Assembly (NCBI GenBank): GCA_963788655.1
Contig: CAWBHS010000081.1
Coordinates: 73,187 to 137,186, forward strand
DNA length: 64,000 bases
Source: an uncultured Verrucomicrobiae bacterium
Lineage (GTDB): Bacteria > Verrucomicrobiota > Verrucomicrobiia > Limisphaerales > JAFGQR01
Direction: 5' to 3'
A model generated the notes under the pieces. It saw nothing but the letters and a program-made list of their open reading frames with translations, was not told the origin of the DNA and searched no databases. The position numbers and the translations under genes are program-made. This document shows, in pieces, positions 32,610-43,581 of this stretch (positions are counted from its first letter, which is position 1; each line of letters begins with the position of its first letter).

Positions 32610-32865
32610 CCCCTCACCCTGGCCCTCTCCCCCAGCAGAGGGAACAGCAGGCGGCCGCTACGAGACATTAGGAAGCACCAGTTCCAGTCTCCGCGCTTGG
32701 TCGATTCACCCCAGAGCCATACAGCGAATCCAACACTTCCAAGGTTTCAGACCAGCGGAGCGCAATTCTCCCTCTCCCCAAGGAAGAGGGCCGGGGTGAG
32801 GGGGAACAGGATTCTCGAACCGCCAGGCCGCCATCGTTTCTCCGCGGCGCTTCCCTCACCCTGGC
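32610..32865. repeat. REP-like palindromic cluster (ccctcaccctggccctctcccc type)
   Basis: cccctcaccctggccctctcccc, inverted gagggccggggtgagggg, third partial copy at ~32853. Confidence 0.7.
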
Positions 32866-32874
32866 CCGCTCACG

Positions 32875-33501
32875 TCAACGACGCGCCGGCGAAGGCTCAC
32901 TGACTGCCGAAGCCCCCTTGTTTTTGCGGCCTGCCCAGGCCGCCTGCCAGCGCCGCAGGACTTGCACAAACACCCGGTCGGCGCGCCGATTGAAGACCCC
33001 CACCACCGAATGGCCGAGTCGCAAAGGCAGAACCAGGCAGGCGAACATGAGCACGACGGAGATCAACCGGTTGGGCCAACCGTCCAGTTGCCATTGACCC
33101 GACCAGACCCACATCGGTGTTTTGGTCCAAGGCGCAAGGTAGTAAATGGGCCACAAATCACTCGGTGAAGGACCACGCGAACCGATCAGATCGCAGAACA
33201 GGTGAACGTGAAACACCGCCAGCGCCATCAAGCCCACGCGCCAGTGCTTTCGGGCCAGCAAACCAAATAGCACGGCCATGGCCAGTCCGCCCAGGATGCC
33301 GTGCAGCAGGAAATGATGGTATTGACCGTAATACCAGGTTTCCTCGCGGCCCAACGCGCGGTTGGTCAGATCGACGAGCAACCCGGCGCCATCGAGATCG
33401 GGCAGCACGCCGGCCAAGGTCACCAACCGGCAATCGCGGGGATTGTCGGTCGTCTTGGCAGCGATCAGCCAACTGGCAAAGAGATGGGTCACGGGCGACA
33501 T
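32875..33501 (-). CDS. Metal-dependent membrane hydrolase (YdjM-like)
   Basis: TH..., LPDLD, HH..LH, HLFCD motifs. Confidence 0.8.
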   Translation of the reverse strand: MSPVTHLFASWLIAAKTTDNPRDCRLVTLAGVLPDLDGAGLLVDLTNRALGREETWYYGQYHHFLLHGILGGLAMAVLFGLLARKHWRVGLMALAVFHVHLFCDLIGSRGPSPSDLWPIYYLAPWTKTPMWVWSGQWQLDGWPNRLISVVLMFACLVLPLRLGHSVVGVFNRRADRVFVQVLRRWQAAWAGRKNKGASAVSEPSPARR

Positions 33502-33545
33502 CTGCGTAGAGCATCGGCCGCCACCAACCGGGAATCAAGCGGGCG

Positions 33546-33717
33546 GTTCGGAGTCCCGCCTTTGAGCGTGACTATTCAGTAGGACAGGCGTCCCGCCTGT
33601 CTCGGACGACCGCAAACCATCGACTTGTACGGCGCCGCCTCATCGATGCACCAGTCACTGCACACATACGGTTTAGGCGGTTTGGGCGCCGGGCCGCCTA
33701 AAGGCGGGACTCCAAAC
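33546..33717. repeat. REP-like inverted pair with an internal REP
   Basis: gttcggagtcccgccttt ... aaaggcgggactccaaac; internal gacaggcgtcccgcctgtc. Confidence 0.7.
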
Positions 33718-33835
33718 GAGTGTTTCAAGCCGCCGATTAGAGGGCCGCCACCCACCTCAGACCAAGTGAGTTAAAAATCGCACATTCAGTTTTACAGCGC
33801 CGCCGCAATTCGTTACACATCGCACCCCATTGACA

Positions 33836-36115
33836 ATGCACGAAAAATACGTAGCCAAAATCGCCGCCGAACTGAAGGTGCAGCCGCACCAAGTCGCCGC
33901 CACAGCGCGGTTGTTTGCCGATGGCGCCACGGTTCCTTTCATTGCCCGCTACCGCAAGGAAGCCACCGGCTCGTTGGACGAAGTCGCCATCACGACCATT
34001 CGCGAACGCCTGCTGAGCCTAACCGAATTGGACCAGCGCCGGGAGGCCATCCTCAAGTCCCTCGAGGAACGCAACCTTTTGACCGATGCCTTGAAAGCCG
34101 CAATCACCAAGGCCGAAACCCTGACCGCGCTCGAAGACATTTACCAACCGTATCGCCCCAAGCGCCGCACCCGTGCAACGATCGCCCGGGAGCAAGGACT
34201 GGAACCGCTGGCGGACTTGCTGTTCAACCACCAGAACACCACGGATCTGGCCGGCGAAGCACAAAAATTTGTAAACACGGAAAAGGGCGTCGAGTCGTGG
34301 GAAAAGGCGTTGGCCGGCGCGCGCGACATCATCGCCGAACGCGTGAGCGACGATGCCCGGGCCCGCAAGCAACTGCGCGAGTTGTTGTGGGCGCAGGGCG
34401 CGGCCCGCTCGAAGGTGGTGCCGGGCAAGGAGGAGGAAGGCGCCAAGTTCAAGGACTACTTCGAATGGAATGAACCCGTGAGCAAGATGCCAAGCCATCG
34501 CCTGCTGGCCATTCGCCGGGGCGAAGCCGAAGGGGTGTTGATGCTGCGGATCAGCGCTCCCGAAGACGAAGCGCTATCCAGGATCGAGCCGTTGTTTGTC
34601 ACCGGCCAAGGTCCGGCGGCGGAACAAGTGCGGCTGGCAGTGCAGGACAGTTACAAGCGGCTTTTGGGACCGGCCATCGAAGTCGAAGTGCGACTCGAAT
34701 CCAAGAAACGCGCCGATGCCGAGGCCATCCGGGTATTCGCCGAGAATATCCGGGAATTGCTGCTGACGCCGCCGTTGGGCCGCAAGAACGTGCTGGCCAT
34801 TGATCCGGGTTTTCGCACCGGCTGCAAAGTGGTTTGTCTCGACCGCCAGAGTAAGCTGTTGCAGCACGAGGTGGTTTATCCGTCCGGATCGGTCAACGAA
34901 ATGCGCGAAGCGGCGGAGACACTGAAGGGATTGGTCCGCCAGTTCAATATCGAGGCCATCGCGATCGGCAACGGTACCGCCAGCCGCGAAACCGAAACCT
35001 TCGTTCGCCAGATCGGCATTCCGTCCACCATTCCCGTCGTGATGGTCAACGAGAGTGGCGCGTCGATCTACTCCGCTTCCGAGGTTGCGCGCGAAGAATT
35101 CCCCACCCATGACCTCACCGTGCGCGGCGCGGTGTCGATTGGCCGCCGGCTCATGGATCCGTTGGCGGAACTGGTAAAACTCGATCCCAAGTCGATTGGC
35201 GTCGGGCAGTACCAGCATGATGTCGATCAACCCGCGCTCAAACGGAGTCTCGATGACGTGGTCGTCAGTTGTGTCAACGGCGTGGGGGTGGAACTCAACA
35301 CCGCCAGCAAACAATTGCTCAGTTACGTCTCTGGACTCGGACCGGTACTGGCGGGCAACATTGTGGCGTACCGAAATGAAAACGGGCCGTTCCGTTCGCG
35401 CGCCGAATTAAAAAAGGTGCCGCGTCTCGGTCCCAAGGCCTTCGAGCAGGCAGCCGGTTTCCTGCGTCTGCGCGACGGCAAACAACCGCTCGACGCCAGC
35501 GCGGTGCATCCGGAAAGCTACGGTCTTGTGGACGCCATGGCCCGGGATTTGAACTGCACGGTCACCGATTTGATGCGCGACGGTGACCTGCGTCAAAAAA
35601 TTCAGTTGCAATCCTACGTCACCAACGCCGTCGGGATGCCCACGCTGAACGACATTATGGCGGAGCTGGCCAAACCGGGCCGGGATCCGCGCCAGCAATT
35701 CGAAGTGTTCACCTTCCAGGAAGGCGTGGCGAAGATGGACGATCTCAAGCCCGGCATGAAACTGCCCGGCATTGTTACCAATGTTACTGCCTTCGGTGCC
35801 TTTGTCGATATTGGCGTCCACCAGGATGGTCTGGTGCATGTCAGCCAGCTTGCCGACCGTTTTGTAAAGAACCCGGCCGAAGTGGTGAAGGTTCATCAAA
35901 AGGTCATGGTGACGGTGACGGACGTGGACATTCCACGCAAACGCATCGCGCTTTCGATGCGGACCAATCCCGAACTTGGACCCAGCGCCACTGGGAAAAC
36001 GTCGCCCGCCGCCACTGGACGCCCGGGGCCTAAACCGCCTGACCGTTCCGCCGCTGCCAAACCCGTGGATTGGTTCACCGAGGCGCTGAATCGTTCGCAG
36101 AAGGGGCGGAACTGA
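33836..36115 (+). CDS. tex: Tex RNA-binding transcription accessory protein
   Basis: GATVPFIARYRKEATG, IDPGFRTGCK, IGNGTASRET, IGVGQYQHDV, C-terminal S1 domain. Confidence 0.97.
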   Translation: MHEKYVAKIAAELKVQPHQVAATARLFADGATVPFIARYRKEATGSLDEVAITTIRERLLSLTELDQRREAILKSLEERNLLTDALKAAITKAETLTALEDIYQPYRPKRRTRATIAREQGLEPLADLLFNHQNTTDLAGEAQKFVNTEKGVESWEKALAGARDIIAERVSDDARARKQLRELLWAQGAARSKVVPGKEEEGAKFKDYFEWNEPVSKMPSHRLLAIRRGEAEGVLMLRISAPEDEALSRIEPLFVTGQGPAAEQVRLAVQDSYKRLLGPAIEVEVRLESKKRADAEAIRVFAENIRELLLTPPLGRKNVLAIDPGFRTGCKVVCLDRQSKLLQHEVVYPSGSVNEMREAAETLKGLVRQFNIEAIAIGNGTASRETETFVRQIGIPSTIPVVMVNESGASIYSASEVAREEFPTHDLTVRGAVSIGRRLMDPLAELVKLDPKSIGVGQYQHDVDQPALKRSLDDVVVSCVNGVGVELNTASKQLLSYVSGLGPVLAGNIVAYRNENGPFRSRAELKKVPRLGPKAFEQAAGFLRLRDGKQPLDASAVHPESYGLVDAMARDLNCTVTDLMRDGDLRQKIQLQSYVTNAVGMPTLNDIMAELAKPGRDPRQQFEVFTFQEGVAKMDDLKPGMKLPGIVTNVTAFGAFVDIGVHQDGLVHVSQLADRFVKNPAEVVKVHQKVMVTVTDVDIPRKRIALSMRTNPELGPSATGKTSPAATGRPGPKPPDRSAAAKPVDWFTEALNRSQKGRN

Positions 36116-36296
36116 GCCAAGCCAGCCCGACTTTCTCTCCGCAAACACGATTGGCCGCCAGGGCGTGGGGAACGCGGATGCCGTCGTCCGCATGGGGAAA
36201 CGACCCTCAGGATTGAACGCGCCAAGAATGAAGGACGGTGTTTCCACCGTCCTTCCTCAGGAAGCGCCGCCAGTGGCGCGGTTGGGGGTTGGCAGC

Positions 36297-39200
36297 TTAA
36301 AGCGGCTTGTGCAGCCGATAGAATTTCTGACCAGTTGCCGGCGTCACCATGGCCGGGCTGGTGGTCGAGACTGTGCGCCATTCCGTGGCGGGTAAGGTCG
36401 TCGGCTTCTTCGAGCACAAACGCGCTGTCGCCCCAGGCCAGGACGAGTTGTCCCTCAAATTGCGCGTGGTAAAGCGATTGTGGTGCGGACACCGGTGCCG
36501 CGATGCCGATCAGTTGCAGGTCGAAACTGATGTCCGAACTGCCGCCTTCATCTTGATGAACCTCCACCGCCACCACGTTGTCGCCCGACTGCAAGGCCTC
36601 GGGCGAGAGGCTGGTTTGCAGCGTGTAGTTGTCGCCCAGGCCCGCGAGCGACGGGGTGGTGTAGGTGATCGTTCCCCCCGGCATGTTGCACCGAAAGACG
36701 TCACTCCCGTTGAGGTACACCACCGCTCCGTCGTCGAATAAAACCGACAATTCCAAAGAACTGTATCTGGTTATATCGCTTACCGTCAGTGCGCTTCGAA
36801 AGTAGGTCGTGATGTATTTGGCGTTGGAATTGCCGCCGTAGGAGACGACCGTGGCCTCGTCGCCGTCGCCATAACCCAACTGGGCCGGGCCGCTGGCCCA
36901 ACCGCTGTCATTGAAGCCAAGCTGCTGCCAGGCGGTGCCCTGGTTCGAGCCGTTGTCCAGGTATTTCCAGCGCGAGCCCCAGGCAACCAACGTCTCGTCC
37001 GGACCTGGCGGCAACGTTGGAATGACGCGCACCAACCACATGGTCGTCTCACCGGTCAGGGGCGCGCCGACGGGATTGCTCAACTGGAGGCGCAACAGGT
37101 CGTATTGTCCCACAGCCACGGTAGGCAGAGCCAGCAGCGCCGAAGTCTGGCCTTCAGGAAACTCGAACGTGCCATTGGTAAGCACGCCGTTGGCGTCGGC
37201 GAGTTCAAACTCCACACTGATGCCGGCTGGGGCCGGGCTACCCAAGGCAAGGGCAATGCCGTTCGTCAAATTGTCCACGTCCTGTTGGTTGCCGCTGCCC
37301 GCAAAGCTCAGCGCCAGGGGTGGATTGGTGAAACTGATTATGGTGGTGCCGGTCCAGGTAGCGCCGACGGGATTGCTGAGGGTGACGTCCACCTGATCGT
37401 AGTCGAAGGGGTTGATGTTCTGGGGCAGAAGCGAGTGCCAGGTTTCCGGTGGGTCGAATACAAAGGTGCCGGTTTCCAGGACCTCGCCGCCGGCGGCATA
37501 TTCATAGTCCACCCTCACCAGACCGGCGGACGGCTGGTTGAGCCAAATGAACACCCCTTGCGTTAGACGACGACCCGGCTCCACCGCGCCGGTGACGCCC
37601 CCCAACAACATTTGTGGCGTACTGACACTGCCTTGGAAGGTGACAGTATCCAGGCCGGTTAATTCGCTATGAATCGGATTACTCAAGGCGAGATGAATGG
37701 TCGGGTAATTGGGCACTAGAAAGCCGGTCGGGTAAATGCGTTTCACCGTTTCGCCCGGATCGAACGTCAGCGTGCCGGTGGCCAAGAGGTTGGCGCTGTC
37801 GTCGGTGAACGCATAGTCCACGCTGACGACGTTCGTCGTAAATGAACTCAACCGGACCGGGACACCGTCCCGCAGCGTGCTCATGGCCATGGGATCGCTC
37901 CATATTGCCAGGGCCATGCCGACGGGGGCATCGAGCGGTATGTTCATGAAATTCGTCAATCGCCAGGCATCCGTCTCGGCGTTCCAGACGAGGTTGCTGG
38001 GATGATACGGCGTCGGGACGCTGAGCCAGTTGCTGCGGATGTCCATCTGGTTGGTGCGCCAGATCCAGCCGGTCGAACCGCTCTGCCAGTTCAGGCCCCA
38101 GACGTCATGCAGGTTGTGAATCAGAATGCTGTTCGAGGCCCACATAAAGCCGTTGTACGTCCAGTCGTAATTGTCGCCGAACCGCACGCCGACCAGGTTG
38201 CCCGTCGCCAGACAGCGATCTACGCGTCCGGTTGGGGCGTCATAGCCGTCCTCAATACCCTGACCGCAGTTGAGGAACACACTGCCGTAGTGATGCACGT
38301 CCTTGCCGGTGCCGGAAAGCGAATTGCCTTCGTGAAGAATCGAATCAAACCAGCAATCCTGGAAGTTCAGCCGGCCGGAGCCGCCGCCGCCCGAATCGAC
38401 CCCATCATCCTTGGTCCAGCCAAACAACGTGTTGGTGAAGCCGTGCGCCTGTCCCGGCAGCGCCTCGGTGATGTACAGGCCGTCATTGTCGCCATCGACA
38501 AAATCCGGCGATTCATCGCGCGTCAAGTCATCGCCAAACTCGATGAAAGCGCTGTCATGCACGTTGAAGTTGGCCTGGGAATATTCACCTCCCGTTATGC
38601 ACCGCTGCACCAGGGTACGAGTCAGGGTGATCTGATACGAATAGCTGCCGCCGTCGGCGCCATGGCTGAATTGGCCGTGGAGGTACATCGCGGCACAGTC
38701 GGTGAGCGACAGGTCGCAATTGGCGCCTTGGAGTGAAATCAAGGCCTGCTGGCCGCGATGGCTGCCAATGTTGTAAAGGCCGCTCGAACATTCATGCCCA
38801 TTGAACCAGCAATCCCGATAGCCGCTGCCGGTGAAAATAGCGCCGGTGGCGGTGAAACTGGCGTTGTCGGCGTGCTGGATAAAGCCGCCCCAGTATTGAC
38901 CGACGGCCGCGGGCATGAAGACCACTGGACGATCGGCGGTGCCGTTGATCACGATGTGCCCGGCATTGTTGATGTCCTGGGCCGAGTTAATGATCACAAT
39001 GGTTCCGGCGCCGATGGTGAGCGTGCCGCCCGCGGAGATGCTCAAGCTGGAAATGACGTGGATGCGCGAATTCTCCGGCCAGACGGTGCTCGCCGCCAGG
39101 CTGCCGGAGATCAGCGTCCAGGCAGGGGCATTTTCCAACGTGATCGTTTTGCTGGCAGGCAGCCCGCCGACCTGCGGGCTGTACTCGAGGGAACCCGCCG

Positions 39201-39774
39201 CCGGGACGGCATCCAGAAACCCGGAGCCAACCCCGCGTCGGATGTTAATGTCGGGATGACCGGCAGCCGTCAACACGCCATTGGCCCGCACGGCATGACC
39301 TTCACCGTTTTCCATCCACGCCACCACCGGGATCGGGTAGCCGGTCGGAAAATCCTGTGGGGCGATCAATCGCACATGCGTCCCGGCAAACTCAGCCGGC
39401 GTGCTCGCGATGGTTGGATACGGTGTCCAGGGTGGCAAACCATTTTCACTGCCATTGCGGGCGGTGGCTTCCACGATGAACCGAATGGGCGGATTGGTTA
39501 CGTTGCCGGAAGCGGCGCTGGAGGCCCGGACATTCAGTTCGTGATACCCTGGCTCGTTGACCGTGATCGGGACATCGGTGGGAATCGGGTTGGTGTCCAG
39601 CAGCGTCCAATAACTGTAACCGGGTTGGGCGTTGACCGTGAAGGTCACGCTATTGGCATAATTGTAATGCCGGTCTTGCAAGCCCGTGATGTTGAACTGG
39701 GCGCGTCCGTTTGACACGCCCGCCAGCATCGCGAGCCCGAGCACGGTGGTAAAACGACATTTCAGGTGCTTCAT
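36297..39774 (-). CDS. Large secreted protein: beta-helix-like region, Calx-beta-like repeats, jelly-roll-like domain, FYR tail (frameshift ~36395)
   Basis: Signal peptide; DGDNDGL/KDDGVD motifs; GTLTFDPGETVK repeats; WKYLDNGSNQGTAW..GYGDGDE; corrected frame ends QKFYRLHKPL* like its paralog. Confidence 0.8.
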
Positions 39775-39816
39775 AAATCGAGTCTTCGAGCTGCGAAGGG
39801 CGGCTCTCACCTGCGG

Positions 39817-42800
39817 TTACTGTTTGTGTAGTCGGTAAAACTTTTGGCCGGGCGCAGCAGTCACCATGGCTGGACTGGTGGCCGAGACGGTGCGCCACTC
39901 GGTGGCGGGTAGCTCGTCAGCCTCTTCGAGAGCGTAGGTCACATCGCCCCAGGCCAGAACGAGTTGACCGTCGAATTGCGCGTGGTAAAGCGATTGCGGT
40001 GCGGACACCGGTGCCGCGATGCCGATCAGTTGTAGATCAAAACTAATGTCCGAACTGCCGCCTTCGTCTTGATGCACCTCGACGGCCACGACATTGTCGC
40101 CCGGCTGCAACGCCTGTGGCGACAGACTGGTTTGCAGCGTGTAGTTGTCGCCCAGGCCCGCGAGCGACGGGGTGGTGTAGGTGATCGTTCCCCCCGGCAT
40201 GTTGCACCGAAAGACGTCATTCCCGTTGAGGTACACCACCGCTCCGTCGTCGAATAAAACCGACAATTCCAAAGAACTGTATCTGGTTATATCGCTTACC
40301 GTCAGTGCGCTTCGAAAGTAGGTCGTAATGTATTTGGCGTTGGAATTGCCGCCGTAGGAGACGACCGTGGCCTCGTCGCCGTCGCCATAACCCAACTGGG
40401 CCGGGCCGCTGGCCCAACCGCTGTCATTGAAGCCAAGCTGCTGCCAGGCGGTGCCCTGGTTCGAGCCGTTGTCCAGGTATTTCCAGCGCGAGCCCCAGGC
40501 AACCAACGTCTCGTCCGGACCTGGCGGCAACGTTGGAATGACGCGCACCAACCACATGGTCGTCTCACCGGTCAGGGGCGCGCCGACGGGATTGCTCAAC
40601 TGGAGGCGCAACAGGTCGTATTGTCCCACAGCCACGGTAGGCAGGGCCAGCAGTGCGCTGAGTTTGCCCTTCAGGAAACTCGAACGTGCCGTTGGTGAGC
40701 ACGCCGTTGGCGTCGGCGAGTTGGAAGTCCACAGTGACGCCGCTGGGGGCCGGACTGGACAAAGTCAGGGCCATGCCGTTGGTAAGGTTGTCCAGATCTT
40801 GTTGGTTGCCACTGGCGGCAAAGCTCAACCCCAAAGGCGGATTGGTGAAACTGATTATGGTGGTGCCGGTCCAGGTGGCGCCGACGGGATTGCTGAGGGT
40901 CACATCGACCTGGTCGTAATCAAACGGATTGATCGTTTGGGGCAGAAGTGAGTGCCAGGTTTCCGGTGGGTTGAATACGAAGGTGCCGGTTTCCAAGATC
41001 TCGCCGCCGGCGGCATATTCATAGTCCACACTCACCAGACCGGCGGATGGTTGGCTGAGCCAGAGGAACACGCCTTGCGTTAGACGACGACCCGGCTCCA
41101 CCGCGCCGGTGACACCGCCCAACTGCATTTGCGGGGTGCTGACGCTGCCTTGATAGGTGACGGTGTCCAATCCGGTCAGTTCCCCATTTACCGGGCTGCT
41201 CAAAACGACGCGCACGAAATTAGCGGACGGGAGAATGAAATCCGTGGCATAGATTCGTTTAACGGTTTCACCGGGAGCAAACGTCAGCGTGCCGGAAGCC
41301 AGCGGCGTATCGCCTGCATCCACCAGCGCGTAGCCCACGCTGACGGGGTTTGTGGTAAAGGAACTCAGGCGCACCGGCACGCCATCCACCAAGTCCGTCA
41401 TGGAAAACTGGTTGGTCCATACGGCCAAGCCGATGCCCACCGGGGCGTTGGGCGAGGTGGTCATGAATTGGGCCAATTGCCAACCATCATCATCCGGATT
41501 CCAGACGGTGTTATTGGGGAAGATCGGATCCGGGGCGGTCAGATAGTTGTCATGAAGGTCCATTTGATTGGAACGGTAGGTCCAGTCCGCCCAATTGCGG
41601 CCGAAAATATCCCGATGATTGTAGAGCAGGAACGAATTGCTGACCTGCAGAAAACCGTTGTAGGTCCAGTCGTAATTATCCCCAAAGCGCGCCCCAACGG
41701 AATTGGCGAGGCTGAGCAGATTGCTCGCATAACAGAGGGGACTGTTGTTGCCTTCGCTCCAACCGCACTCGATGCCCTGCCCACAATTGATCAGCACCGA
41801 ATCGTAATTCTCCATGACGTGCGCCCCGCCGGACCAAGCGAGGGCTTCGTGCAGGGCGGCTTCGATCCAGCAATTACTGACCAGCACCGTTCCCGGGTCG
41901 GCGGAGGATCCGCAATCGATCGCATCATCTTTTGAGAAACCGATCAAGCTGTTGACGAGGACATGAGTGCCGCCCGTGAAGTAAATGGTGTCGTAATCAG
42001 CGTCCGCGATGGCGGCGTCAATGTAGTAACTGTTCTCGTCCGGGTATTCAATAAGAGCCGAATGATTGATAATGTGAGTGCCCCCGGAATACTCGCCCGC
42101 CGTGATTGCTCGTTGCAGCAAACAGTGATCGTAAACCACGGTGCAATTGTGACCATTGCCCACCTGACCGGCCGTGTTGATGATGGCGCAATTGGTCAGG
42201 TACGCCTCGGCGCCGTTATAGATGAACAGTAGCGGTTGTTCGCTCCGGTGGTGCTCGCTGCTTTGGAAATTGAAACTCGTGGCGCCGCCCCCGCCAAACA
42301 TAATTGTGCCGTTGGCCACCAACCGCGCCGCCGACCCCTCCAAAAGAAAACCACCCCACGCATACGTGGGTTGCTCCGGGGCCACCGGCCCGGTGGCCGC
42401 GAACACCACGGGTTGCGCCTGAGTTCCATTGATCACGACCTGGGCACTGGAATTGACATTAATATCAACGAGCGGGTTGAGCTTCACCACGGTTCCCGCC
42501 CCGATGGTCAAAGTCGATCCCGTGGGGATGGTAATATCGCCGGTCAAATAGATCCGCGAATTATCAGGCCAGGTGGTTTGGCCGGACAGTGTTCCGGAAA
42601 CCAACGTCCAAGTTGTGCTCAGATCGGTATTCAAGGGCCGGTTAAACTGGGTCGAGTTCAGGTGGAACGTCAACGAGATCGGGTCGTTATCGGTAGCGGC
42701 TTTCAAGAGCACCGAGCCATGCCCACGCAGGAAGCGCAGAGTGTGCGTGGAGTAACCGGTAATGGTGGCGTCTCCATTGACGCGCTGTTCCACGCCCTGC

Positions 42801-43261
42801 CCATCGTCCAGCCAGCCGATGACCGGAATCTCCAATCCCTGGGGGTAGTTTTCCGGCATCATGAGGTGGACTTGAACGCCCGCAAACTCGCTTTCCGTGG
42901 AATTGATGAGGGGATACGGGGTCCACTTGATAAGCCCCTTTTCCGGATTCCCGCGGTTGGACTGGATGATAAACCGGACCAATTGCGGCGTGGCTTCAGT
43001 GCCGGTGCTGGTCACCACCCGGCGGATATAGATCTCGTGGTAATCTACCTTGCTAACGGTCACCGATACGTCGATGGGCACCGGATCGCCATCCAGCCAG
43101 GCCTCCAATTGATATCCCGCCTGGGGCGGAACGCGGAAGGTAACAGGATTGCTGGTGGTGGTGCGGTCACTCACGCCAGTAACCTGGGCCGAAAGGGAAA
43201 CGGCTGAAGCCGTGAGAATCAGACAAGACAACGCCAAACGAACTACTTTTTGGTGGAACAT
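39817..43261 (-). CDS. Tandem paralog of the 36297-39774 secreted protein (frameshift ~40660)
   Basis: Same architecture; ORFs 40565-43450 and 39817-40635; ends QKFYRLHKQ. Confidence 0.8.
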
Positions 43262-43343
43262 AGTAAGGGATTGATACCACTTATCCGCCCATTTGCACAG
43301 CAAAATATTGTGCCCGGAGAGGTTCGGGGGGGTATGTCGAGCA

Positions 43344-43570
43344 AATGCCCAATGACCAAACCCCAAGGACCAGAGAATGACCAATTCCCAATGCCCGGTT
43401 GCCGAGCCATTAGCGGATCTCGCTCTGAATGGGGCTTGGAATTTGGTCATTCGTCGCTGGCCCTCGCATCCGATTCTGCCGGCAGGATGCCGGCAGGAGC
43501 CGTTGGCAAATCGGACGCGACACGTTAATGAGACGTGCTGTCGGTAACTTCAGGACGCCGGCAGCACGTT
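43344..43570. repeat. Heptamer-periodic inverted repeat plus ctgccggcaggatgccggcag REP
   Basis: aatgcccaatgaccaaaccccaaggacc...ttggaatttggtcatt, then REP palindromes. Confidence 0.7.
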
Positions 43571-43581
43571 GGAGCAATCCG

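Noticed and set aside
35896..36296. Overlap of the 1304-aa ORF with tex
   Set aside because: Artefact of the frameshift near 36395; the paralog-guided stop is at 36297
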